From NCBI GenBank assembly GCA_016180575.1, contig JACPAY010000003.1, positions 106,154 through 170,153 of the forward strand: a stretch of 64,000 nt of DNA, given 5' to 3'. Positions 1 through 12,000 of this stretch are shown in pieces. A program made the position numbers and the translations under genes. Below the pieces are notes generated by a model that saw nothing but the letters and a program-made list of their open reading frames with translations, did not search any database and was not told where the DNA came from. The first letter of the stretch is position 1, and each line of letters begins with the position of its first letter. Origin of the DNA: Candidatus Omnitrophota bacterium. Its GTDB lineage: Bacteria > Omnitrophota > Gorgyraeia > Aquiviventales > Aquiviventaceae.

Positions 1-75
1 GCCCAGCATCGCCAAGAGCCACTCCACACCTGTCCCCACCCCCACGACCGCCACCCGGTCCCCCGGATGAACCTG
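1..75 (-). other. ORF2 start of a further SAM-methyltransferase-like module (cut by the window edge)
   Basis: HPGDRVAVVGVGTGVEWLLAMLG resembles MTase motif I (xVLDxGxGxG). Confidence 0.3.
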
Positions 76-3000
76 CAGGGCGTTCAGCGCTTCGTGAGCG
101 AGCAACCGGAGCCGCTCTTCGTCTTCACGCCGCAGGAAGACGATCGGCGAGGCAAACACGCTGGCGAGCAAGACGTCCCATGTCTCATGCCGCAGCCGGT
201 CATACTCCTGGCTGGCGACGCGCACCGTGATGGCGGAATGATCGCTGAGGGGCACGCGGACCGTTTCCATCGGCCTGCCCGGAATCACCCGCGTCGCCAG
301 GTCCCCTTCCATCTCCCAGGGCCTCACGCAGATGAAGCGGGTCTTGGTCAATTGCGGATCCCCGACCGCGAGCCTTGCGCGGGGGTCATCCGCCCGGACA
401 TAGCGCGCAGGCGACTGCGGCACGTACAGCCGCTCCTCCCGGTCGACGATGCCGATGACCTCCAGCGGCTCATCGGCCGGCCCCTCCACGCCGTACAGCC
501 TGGGCTCCGCCGTCCTCAGCGCAAGGAGCAGCTTCATCGCCTGGTCTCGAACAGACTGCGAGACTTCGTGCTGCACGCCGTCTTGGGCCAATGCCCGGCG
601 GAGTTCGTCCAGCGACTGGCGCAGCCGCCTCACCTCCCCGCGGGTCAGGGCCCTCGAGGTCCAGGCCTGCCGCAGCGATAGGACGGTCTTCACGTAGCTG
701 AGATACCGCGGCTTCACATCGCGCAGCAGGCCCCAGGGCAGGTCCATGACGGTGACGTCAAACGCTTGCTCAGCCTCCCAGAACGACGCGGGGACGAAGA
801 CCGGCGTCTCCAGGAAGCGGGCAGACGCAAGCCGCGTGAGTTCCGGGGGCACGTCCTTGGCTTCGAGCCGGAATGACGGGGACGCCAGATGCCGCACCGC
901 CTCCTTGACTTCCCGGAGCAGCTCGTCCGCGGACTTGTCCCTGCCCTGCGCATCCGTGGAATCGATGGGCGGGCCAAACGCAATCGTCACGGGGCGCAGC
1001 CCCAGCCGGAGGGAGACATACGCGGGCACAATCGGCACGCCCGCCTGCCGCGCGGCGCGCACCACGCCGGTCTTCCAATGGCGCAGGTCCTCATCAAGCG
1101 ACGGGTAGGGGCGGCCCGCCGGGAAGAACCCGACCACCGCCCCCGGCTGCCGCAGGTGAGCCAACACCGTCTGCATCGCCTCGCGGGGGCTTGAGATCAC
1201 CACGGCCCCGCCCCAGTTGGTCAGCCATTGCGCCAGGCGCCCCAGCCGGTACTGGGAGGGGTTCGCCAGGAAGCGCGGGAACCGCCCATCGCGCAGGACG
1301 ACTTCCGAGGCGATGACCGCGCCCTCGAAGCCGTAGAGGAGGTGATTGCTGGCGATGAGGAAGCGTTGGGACTTCGGAAGGGGCAGATGGCCAAGGCCGC
1401 GCACCCGGACCAGCCACCATCGCACCGCGAGCTGGTAGACCCAGGTCCAGCCCCACAGCAGCCAGCCCAGCTGATCGCGCCCCACCTTGGGCGGATGCTC
1501 AACCCATGCGAGGTGGAGCGAACGGCGGGCGACCTCAAGGTCTCGTCCCCGCGTCAGCCGCGTGTAGAAGGGATATGAGAGCAGGCCCCGGCTCAGCAGG
1601 AGATCAGCGGCCTCCGCCAGCGGAAGGTAACGGTGGAGGCTCGCGGCTAATTGCTGCGCGTCATCCAGGGCGAACCGTTCTTCGACAGCCTCGCCGGAGA
1701 GCCCGGTGGCTTCATGCCGGAGTTCGTGCCGCAGGAGGACGTTGCAGAAGGCATCGCCGAGCGGGTATCGCGCGGCGTTGAGATCGCGGCGGACCTTCGG
1801 GAGCGTCTCATGGAGGACGAGGAGGCCGTTCTGAATGTGGTCGCCGGCGAGGTGGTCCGTCCCATCCTCCCCGATGAGATGGCGCGCGGGAAGGACGAGG
1901 AGCGGCTGTGCCGGGTCAAGCTGCGCCCGCTCCGCCGCCGGCACCCCGTCGAGCGCCTCCTGCAGCAGCGCCCCGAGCGCGTCATCGGACAGCCCTGCCG
2001 CGCCGCCCCAACCGGCCGGCAGCAGCGCGACCAGCTCGCGCTCGCCGGCTGAGAGCCTGCGCACGGTCAGCGAGATGGCGCGGCCACGCAGGGTAAGGCC
2101 TGTGCGTTCCCCCTGGCTCACGGCGAACGCCTGCGCGCGCAGGTCGGCGAGCTCTTCCATGCGGAGCCGGTCCGCCGGTGCCTCGCCGATGTAGAGGCCG
2201 GGTGCCGCCCCGCTCAACGACTCCGGAAGCGCCTTCGGCGCGTGCGCCCATGCCGCCGTCGCCATCGGCGGCTCCGAGGGACCCTGGCCCTCCGACCGCT
2301 TCTTGATATAGAGATGCTGGCCCTTGCCGATGGCTCCCTGGTACTCAAAACCCAGCTGCTGGGCCAGGCTGCTGGCGATGCCCAGCTCGGCATGGGTCAG
2401 CTCCAACGCGATGCGCGTCCCAGGCTCCGCCGCCTCGAAGGCGGCCTTGATTCGTTTATAGGCCCGTGCCGGTGGCGAGTCCTCTTGACGGTACCTGGCC
2501 CAACTCGTCAGCCACGCGCCCACGCCCCAGGCGGCCAGGTCCGCCGCGATGCCCCATAAGATCCACGCGGGATCATCCAGGACGGCCGGGATGAGCGCGG
2601 CGGCGGTGCCGAGCAAGGCGACCCGCTTGCCGCCGCGAGCGCCTTCTTCCACCATCAGGGTCAGCGTTTTCTTCGCGGAAACCAGGCGGTCCGGTTCTGA
2701 GGTGACGTCCATCTCCCCGAGGAAGAGATGAGGCTCTCGGAGCCTGCCTTGTCCGTCAGCCAGGTCGCGAGCTAACGCTTCCCGTTCCTTGTGCCCCGTC
2801 AGCGCTCTCCTCACATCACCCAGGATGTCCCTGACCGCCGCCTTCCCGCCCGGGTGGAGGGGGGGCCGGACGGAAATCTTGCCGCCGATCTCGTCCCGCG
2901 TCGTCCTGCTCAGCGGCCGCAGGCCTGGGAATTTGCCTTTGGGCGGCGTGAGCGACACCGTCACGGTGCCTTCGCCAGCCGGCGCGGCGGCAACCGCCGG

Positions 3001-6000
3001 CGCGGGCGCCGTCGCTCCGAGGAGCTCTCCCAGCATCTCCCGTTTGGCTTCGTCGCTCGCCAGGGAGGGGTCGGAACGAATGAGTTCCGCGTAATCCGCG
3101 ACTCCCTCTGTCTGGTCGCGCAGCCGCTCGAACAGCCCGCCATCCCCAAGGGAAAATCCGAGTTGCTCTTCAATCACCCGGCGTTCCCTCGCCTCGGGCC
3201 CCTCCATCGCCGGCTCGCCAAGCAGCCTGTCCGGCGGCACACGGGGGGGCTGGCCCGCTTCGAGCGCCTCCTGCAGCTGCTCGAGCGTCCCAGCGGTCTG
3301 AAGTTCGAGCGCCCACGCGGGCGGGGGCGGGGCCTGGCTGAGCGATTCGAGGACGGTGAGAGCGGGACGGAGCATCAGCGGCTCGGGCGGCCCTACCGAC
3401 TCAGCGAGCAGCCGCGCCGGCGGCATAGGCGCAGGCCGGATAGCCTCGAACACCTCCCGGAGCTGCTCAGGCGTCTCCTTGATGAGGCGTATCGAGTTGG
3501 GTGGGACGGAGGCTTCGCGAAGCGTCTCGAGGAGGGGGGGCGCGGGCCGGACCATCAGCGGCGCGGGCGCCGGTTCCGGGACTGGCGGTGGCTCGGCTTC
3601 TTCAGCCTGCGCCTCGCGGAGCATCGCCGACAGCCGCTCAGCCTCCGCCAGGCGATCCCGCACCACGTCCAGCAGGCGGTTGCGCTCCTCTACATGGCCG
3701 CGGCGGATGACGTCCCACTGCGCCTTCGGGATGTCGCGCCCAGGCCCTTTCGGCCGCGTCGGTTTGTTTGCGAGGAGGCCCTCGGCCGCTTCCCGGACCA
3801 TCTGGAACCGCTCTTCAGCCGCCTCATCCTCGCCGAGTGCCGCGAAGACCGAGCCCAGCCTGAGCCAGATGTTCAGCCGCGCGTTCACATCGAGAGGGAT
3901 TGCCCTCCCCTGCTGCTCGGCCCGCTTGAGCGCGTCCTTGGCGTCCTCCAACCGGTCCAATCGCATGCAGACAAGCCCGATATTGTAAAGACAGATCACT
4001 GCCGGCAGCTCGACGCGTCCGGGAGCGCCCTCAACCATCTGAAGCGCCTGTTGCGCGAGCGCAAGCGCCTGCTCCAGCTCCTCCGGAGCCGCGTCCTCGC
4101 GATTCAGCACGGCAACGGCTGCGTTCATGAGGGCCACCGGGTCGAGCGGGGCTTCCTCTTCGGTCGCGGGTGTCTCTGGAACAGGGCTTGGGAGCGGAGC
4201 TTCGTATGGCTGGCCCACGCCAGGCGGAGCCGCCTCCTCATCGACGAACACGGTGACCTCGCCCGCCGCGCGCTGGAGGAGGCCGGCGGGGATGCCAAGC
4301 GAAACGGGGCCGCGCACGGCCAGGTCCACCGCGCTGCGCTTGTGCTCACCCTTGGCGATCACGATGACCTCGCGGGCGTCCCGCAGCGTCCCCAGGCCCA
4401 GCGTGACGGCAAAGTCGTGCCGCACATGATTGGCCCGCCGCGAGGCCGGATGGAGCCGGACGATGCGGGTCGGTGAGTCAACCGGCGATCCCGTCTCATT
4501 GAATCCCAGATGAATGCTTCGGAACAGAGTCAAGAGGAACGCGTGCACCACGCGCAATCCCGGCACCGCCACCATCCACCGGCCCGAGCGATAGAGCCAC
4601 CACGCCGGCCCGCGCCCGATGCCCAGCAGGGCGATGTCGATGCCGCCCTGCTCGCGGATGAACGCCTCCATCTCCGCGGCTTCCTTGTGCAGGCCGGACC
4701 GGTCTCCCTTGAAGAGGTGCACGTGCTCCTCCTTCAGGGGGGACCGCTTCAGCCGCTTCAACGGCTCAATCAGCTCCTCCCGCAGCTGCGACGCGGCGCT
4801 GCCGGGGTCCTTCCGCGCCAGCCCCGCATATTCATCGACGTTCACGAGCCACACCTGCGACCACGGAAACTTGGCGTGGCGCTCGCTCGCCGCCGCCTCC
4901 AGCAGCGCCTTGTAGACGGGCTTCGGGGTTTCGCCAAACGGCACCGCGATGAGCACCTTGCCGCGGGCGTTGATGGCCGCCTGCATGCGGCGAAGGAGGT
5001 GCTCGGCGACCGCCGCATCGTCCCCGACGATGAAGACCGCCAGCGGCCGTCGCGGCGGCAGCCCATCCGGAAGCGGCGCCGTGAAGATGCGCACCCGCCG
5101 CCAGGCGCTCCCCAGCAGGCGCAGACCCCGTTGTCCCACCCACACCAGGCCATAGGCGGTCCCCGCATACCCCGCAGTCGCCAAGGCCGCCAACAAGGTG
5201 ACCCGCCAAGGAGGAGCAGTCCCCACCGGAATGCCGGCCCACCAGAAGGCGGCCATGTAGCCGATGTAATAGGTCGGGGAAACATCCAGCGCCATCGCGA
5301 GGAGGTCAAGCACCGGGCGTCCGACGGCATACAGCACCAGCGCGGCGGACACACCGAGCCACGCACTGCTCACGAACGTGGGGGCGGGTTGCCGGGCTCT
5401 CCGCAGCCACAATCCGAGCTTCAGCAGCGCCCACGCGGCGGTGAGCTCCAGCAGCGGCAACCCCACATGGAGCAGGCGGATGTAGGTGGCGACGCGCCAG
5501 CCGGGCCCGTAGTCGCCGAGGAGCGTGGCGAGCCAAAACTGCAGTTTCAAGCCCCCCCATCCCACCAAGAGCCCCGGCACATAGGGGCTGGGAGGCATGC
5601 CGGAAAAGTTCACGTGTTGGTACGCCAGCAGGCCGAGCGTCAGCGCGCCCGCCAGCGCCGCCGCCGGCCACCGCCGGCGCCCGCCAGGGTCCGGCGCCCA
5701 CGCCCGCCGCAGATCCGCCTCCTGGCCCACGCCGAGGGACGGCCCCAGCGGCCAGGCGAGGAGCTCCGCCGCGATGACGGCGGCGTTGAGCAGGAGGTGC
5801 GCGGCGAGCCATGAATCGGGGGCAATCTCGATGAGGCCCAGCGCCCAGAGGAGCACAAACGGCAGGCTGATGAGGAGATTGACCGCAAGGCCCGCCAGCG
5901 CCGGCGGCCCGCGGGTGGTCCACGGCATCCCGGAGAGGAAGTGGGCCCAGCGCACCGGCTCGGTTGGGACGCGGCCGCTGAGCTTCCCTTCCTTCAGCCA

Positions 6001-9000
6001 CGCCCAGCGCCCATGGAAGAGGTGGGCGAGGGCCGAGGGGGTCGTCCCGCGCTGCGGGTGGACCGATTCGGGCGGCTCATTCCACGGTCGGGGCTCCGCG
6101 AAGCCGCGCTGGGCCAGCCGGTTCAGTCTCGGGGTCAGCTCCCCTCCTCGATGCGCGCGACGCAGCTGCTTGACCCAGTCCAGGAACCGTTTGAATTCTG
6201 CCAGGTCCGCAAACCTCAGCGAGGGGTAGCGGGTGGTCATCAGCTGGAGGGACATGGCGATGCTCTCCCAATGCGCCCCCAGATGGGCCGGCGACCACAG
6301 GATGGAGAGCGCTTCCGTCAGCTTGGGGCTCGAAACCGTCGGAATGAGCCGTCCCAGCAGCCGCTTGATGATCCGGCGCATGTCCATTGGGGCCTGGCTG
6401 GATGGCGCATCGGCGCCTGAGGCAAAACGAACCATCGAGGAGCTGCGCCGTGGATTGAAGGGATGGTGCAGGACGTCGTCCGCGCCGCGATGCTCGAAGT
6501 CCCACGGATACCTGGCCGGCGCGCGCGATCTCGCCTGAGGCGGAGCGTCCGTCCCCGCCAGCGGATGGGCGCCCCCCTGCCCCTGGGGTGGAGACCGTTT
6601 CAGGAGGGCGCGGATTTCCTCAAGGCGTTCCTTCTTGAAATAGTAGTGGGTGTGCTTCCGCCGCTTCAGCTGCCGGTCAGGCTTCAGGCCGTCTTTGATG
6701 GCGCTCGACATCGTTGACGGCGATACCCCGACGAGTCGGGCCACCTCGCTCGCCAGGTACAGATCCTCGGCGTCGACGGTCAAGCGCTTGCGGATGGCGG
6801 GAAGCCGGCGACGGCTGAAGTAATAGTACGTGTGACGCCCGCGGGGAACGATACGGTCCGGCCTGAGTTCCTGATGCCTCATCGCGACAAGGATGGTCCC
6901 TTCAGACACCCCAATGGCTCCCGCCAGCTCACTCGCCAGGAAGAACCCAGGCAGACGGAATGGCTTGAGGACGGCCCGCAGCGCCCGTAATCGGCCCCGC
7001 CTGAAATATTGATAGGTGCGCTTGCCATGCGGTTGCACCAGGTCAGGGGGATCGACCTCACCGCGCTTGATGGCATCCCTGAGGACCTCGGCCGGCACCC
7101 CTAACAACTCCGCCATCTTCTCGATGGAGACAAATCCCTTTGGCGCAAGCGGCTTGAACCGCTCGCGCAGGGTCGGCACGCGAGCCGGGTCGAAGAACGA
7201 GCGGGGGTGCCGTCCCTGCGGCACCATCATGTCGGGCTGCAGACGCCCGTGGCGAATGGCGCTGTGCAGTGAGGATCTCGGAGCCGGCAACGCCTCGGCA
7301 AGCTGCCGAACGGACAAGAGGCTCGAGACAAATGCCGCGTTGATGAGGTGTGGGTGTTGCTCCACGTCCTTGAGGGGAACGGGTGAAAGCGCTGCCGAGT
7401 TGACGGTCAGCCGCTGTCGATCCTCCAGGAACTCAACCGGGAGATAGTGCTGGAGGCCGCGCGACTCCGGTGCTCCCACGACCTGCCCCATGCCCAGCGA
7501 CTCGTGCTCGACGTACCGGCCCCTCCACCAACCCGGAAGGCTCGTCAATGGCTCCTTCCCCTGGTTGCGGCGATGCGTGAAGAATCCGGTGATGACGAGC
7601 AGGGCGAGGACCGCCGCCGTCCACTCGAGGGGCAGACGCAGAACGATCGCATCGGCGAACGGGTCCTGCGGCGCCATCCCGGCGAAGCCGTAGGAGAAGA
7701 GAAGGGCCGGGATGAGCAGCAGGGAGAGCAGCCTGCGGTGCGGACCAGTCCTGTTCCCCGGCTCATCATGCGCCGCGGGCCACGCCGACTGGTCCGGCGA
7801 GGTCCCGCCCGGCCAGTCGAGCCCCAGGCTGAGGCGGAGGAGGCGCTGCTCCAAGGCGTTCAGCCGATACCACCGGGACCACTCGCCGGCTTGAAACTCG
7901 CGGTGCTGGACGCTCGCATGGGGATAGTCCATATGGAACCGGACCGCCTGCTCCGCCGCATGCCGGAACCTTCGGCCGGCCACCAGGCGGCGCGCGGCCT
8001 GCTGTGCCACATAGTTCGCGAGCATCTGACGAGCCACCAATGTCGGCTCCCGCCCCCCGCCGATGTGATGAGCCGCTTCGCGCGCCAGGCGCCTCAGGAA
8101 GGTGCGGCGAGGGAACAAGACGTCGTGAAGGTCAAGCAGGAGCAGGAGCGGTTTCAGGAGGAAGGCGGTGGGCGCGGCCAGATCAAGCAACCGATCGTGC
8201 TCCCGCGCCAGAACGAGAGGCAACAGCAGCCTTCGGACCGCCGCGAACCGGCGTGAGTGGCTCCGGGCCACGAGCCAGGGGACAAAGTGCATTTCCCCGG
8301 TCGTCGGCGCCGTCAGGGCCAACTCGCCATGCTGTCGGAGCAGCCGAATCCAGCCGGTCGCCCCCCGCGCACGCTGCCATCGCTGCACGTGCTGCCAGGC
8401 ATCCCGGTCAGCCCAGGCCGGAACCGCCCCCGCCAGCGCCATCGGGTCCTTCGGGAGATCCTGGGGCGCCCAAACGGTGCCCAGGATGCCGAGGAAGCCG
8501 GTCACGAGCGCCAGCAGGCCGGCGAACCCCGCGTAGCCTGTGAGCCAGGTGATCGGCTCCGAGGGATCGATGCCGAAGACCGCGCCGAGCCCCGCCGCCG
8601 CGCCCCCGAAGAGCACGCCCCACTCCAGGTGCTCGCGGATGCTGAAGGGTTTGCGCTCCAGTGCTGACGGCGGAAAATCGGTGTCTGACACCATGTTCTC
8701 GACGGCGGGCGGCGCGGCAGGCAACCTGTCTGACTTCGACACCGACTCTAAATTGGCGAGCTCAGGGACATCCTCCCCGGCGGCGGCTCGGTGTGCAAGC
8801 TGTTCCCATACACTGCCTTGCTCCACGACAAATGAAACGCCACGCGTCGTCCAGCGGCCATCAATGTGAGCTCTGACGCGACGCGGGGTCTCAACGACAA
8901 CGTAATGCTTGGAGCTCTGCCGCGTACCTTCCGGCGGAGTGTGACCGAAGGCCGTGACCAGCGCAGGATCGAGCAGCGGATGCGAAGAAAGATCCAGCAC

Positions 9001-12000
9001 CATGTGCGGCATGTAAAAATAATCGCCGAGCAGAATCAATATGTTCGCTGATTCCTCCGTCAGCTTTCTGGGCCCCTCCAGCAGAAGTTGATGTGGCGCG
9101 ATATGGAACACCGCCACTGTTGTCCCGTTACTGTGCTGAATCCGGCTTGCCGGCGCCCATCCCCAGCGATCGATAAAACCGGGAGCCTCGGCCTCCAGTG
9201 GTTCTTGCCGATAGAACGTTAACATCACACCGGTGGATTGCCTCTCCCCTACAGCGAGGTGCTTCCCAAGGCCATTAGGGTCCGTGATCGGTCTCGTCCT
9301 CCATTCGGCATGCCGGTTCATCACCTCAAGCAAGAACGTGTCGACATACACGTCATGCGCCACTCGAGACAGCGCTCCTACGCGGGCATATGAGGTCAAC
9401 TCGCGTTCTTGGTCGAACAGGATGACGCGGGTTGGGGTCCCAAGGAAAAAGAAATAACGTTGCGGGTCGTTCTTCTCGGCCAACGCCATAAACCGATTGC
9501 CCGTATCGCCTGACTTTTCACGTACTCGCTCAAGGACGGCCGGCAGAAAGCTCCATGTGCGTTGAAACGTTTTCGGCAAACCGAACTCGACAGGAGTGAA
9601 TCGAATCTGGCCTCCTGAAGCCGGATACGCGGTGCGGTGACGTTCGTTCGCGACGACCGCTTGACGGATCTTTGGATCGCCGAAATAGTTCAGAAGCACG
9701 CGATCGATGAACGTTTGCACCGCCGGATAACTGAGCATTCGAGACGACGGAATCACCTGACGCGGCTGATCCTCGGCCAGCTGGTCATACGACGATTGGT
9801 GACTCAACGTGTGGTAGAGAAAGAGCTCACGCCCCCGTATGGCAAGCACGAGTGCGTTCGTCGGCTGTTGTCGATCAATGAGTAATCGTATCCGGATTTG
9901 GCCATTGGCCGAGGCGATTTCCGGAATAGTGGAGACCAGGTCGCCCGCTAACCAATGGCCGAATATGACTCGCCACCCACCCAAACGGCACTCCAGTGCC
10001 CTGCGGGCCTGCAATGCGGGTAAGCTCGACGATCGAGTCGGGATCTGGTGCAGCGCGTTGGTGATGGGAGAGAGACGGGATGGAGAAAGCGTCATCGGTG
10101 GTGTGGCGGCAGCGTCAAGCGCCCCAGCGGCGTCATCGAGCGCCTGTTGCAACGTCTTTATCGCTGAAGCAACGTCACCGGTGGCGGGCGGCGCGGCAGC
10201 TGGATCTCTCCCTGAGGGAGGTAAAGGTTGTTTCCGCTGCAGCACCAGCACTGTTATCTCCCATTCCTCAGGTTGAGGATCAGCAATCGTATACGCATAC
10301 TCACTCCTCGCTGGCTCGTCATACTTGATCACCTTTTCCAACCCTAAGCGGTCGAGTGCTGCCTCAAAGGTCACATGGAGCTCGTCCTCCCATTGAGGAT
10401 GCGCAATGACCAAGAGTCCGCCTGGCTTCAAGGCCCGGACAAGCGGGCGGTATCGTCGTCGCAGTGCCGTCGTCTCATCCACCCCCATGTCATGGGCAAG
10501 ACCAGAGGGCGGGTCGAGGGCAAAGCGAGCCACGATGAAATCCAACGAGGATGCTTCGACGTGCTTCGCATAGTCGGTGTAATCGCGCACCTGGTGAAGA
10601 TACGGTCGATCCTGACTGGACGGAACCTCGTCACCCACGCCCTCAATGTCCACGCCCTGTCCTCGCAAAAATTCCAACAACGCTAACGTGTCTCCTCTTG
10701 GGCCTAGCTCGAGACCCTTCAATCCTTTCATTCGCTCAATGCTACCATAGGCTCTTAGCAGCTCTCGGATGATGGGCCGGAAGTACGCAAGGGGCTTGCG
10801 GGGTGTCCCTTGACGGTCAGCCCCCTCGTCTCTCCGCTCATCAGCCAATACGACTCGATCCACTTGTGCCTCAAGAGTCGCGTCTGCGGCGGGCGGCGCG
10901 GCGGGGCGGGCGTTCGACGCGTCAGCCGTCGGCTTGACACCGTCAGCGTCGGATGCTACAGTCGTGGCAGGAGGAGCCGATGAAGACGAAACGGAAGACG
11001 CCGATTCGCGTAACCCTCTTTCCCCAACCGCTTCAGCGGGACTATGACTGGGCATGGGCCCACTATGGCGAGTTGGGGCGACGGTATCCGAACCAATGGG
11101 TGGCGTTTGCTCACCGACGGGTCCTGGCGGCAGGCCCTCGCCTGAATCGGGTGCTGGAGAAAGCGCATCAGCAGGTGGACTGGCCGCATATCCCCCATCT
11201 GTTTGTGGAGTCAGGAATTCATATCTATTATGCGCATCACCCTTGAGGTCCACCGCACGTTGGACCTCGGGGCCAGCCGCACCCACCACCGGCTCTTCCT
11301 GTACCGCCTGCTCACGCGAGTTCGATTCCGCCAAGCCCGTGGCTGGAGCGACTACCATGTGGCGATCCTGGACACCGGCGCCCCCTATTCCCTGCTCCCC
11401 CTCTCGCTGTGGCCCGCCTTGCGTGTCGAGCGCCTCACGACGCTGCCCCTGCGCGGCATCGTCCCCGGCCACACCGCGGAGCTCCGCGCCGATCTGGCCC
11501 GTGTCTCCGGGCGCCTGCTGGATGCCCGCCGTGTCTCCCCGCGCCTGATCCTCTGGGCCATGCTGGCCAGGACCGATGAGGTCCCGCTGATCCTTGGCTG
11601 GGCCGGCTGCCTCGACCGCGCCAGGCTTGGATTGGACGGGCGACGTCGCTCCGCCTGGCTTGAGTTCTAATCCGTCCCTTCCCTCTGCAAGTCTCGCTGT
11701 GCCCCCTACTCCTGGTCCTTCACCTTTTGCTTCGTTTCCGGCGGGCGGCGCGGCAACATGGGGGGTGGACGGCTGGCCGACCGCATCGAGCAGACCGTCC
11801 AGGAACGCGAGGACCGACTCGTGAGCTCGCACATCTGCGGGAGACGCGAACCGAAGCGGCTCCGCGGCGACTGCCTGATAGTCGTCGCGGATGCGGCGGA
11901 GCGCGCCGGCCAGGGCCTCCCGCTCCGCCTGCCGCCCCGCGCCGGCGAAGTGCCGCCGGATGCGGTCGGTGAGGGGGCCCTTGGCATCCCGCCGGATGGC

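Larger units (their letters stand above)
8704..11755. mobile_element. Cassette-like lower-GC island bounded and subdivided by the 16-nt direct repeats (mechanism unknown)
   Basis: The outer repeat copies coincide with a drop in minus-codon third-position G/C. It is 20/20 in lines just outside the island, against 13/20 (9001-9060), 10/20 (10801-10860) and 3/13 (11701-11739) inside. AT-rich stretches such as catgtaaaaataatcgcc occur only here. No recombinase gene was seen in the window. Confidence 0.35.

Noticed and set aside
2791-5814. + strand ORFs 2791..4476 (561 aa) and 4510..5814 (434 aa)
   Set aside because: They are antisense to ORF2, where the minus frame gives clean TPR and NagB-like sequence. 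The + translations are R/P/H-rich strings.
8704-11755. CRISPR-array interpretation of the four 16-nt repeats
   Set aside because: The repeats are too short, the spacings (705-1479 nt) are far larger and more irregular than CRISPR spacers, and the intervening DNA is coding.
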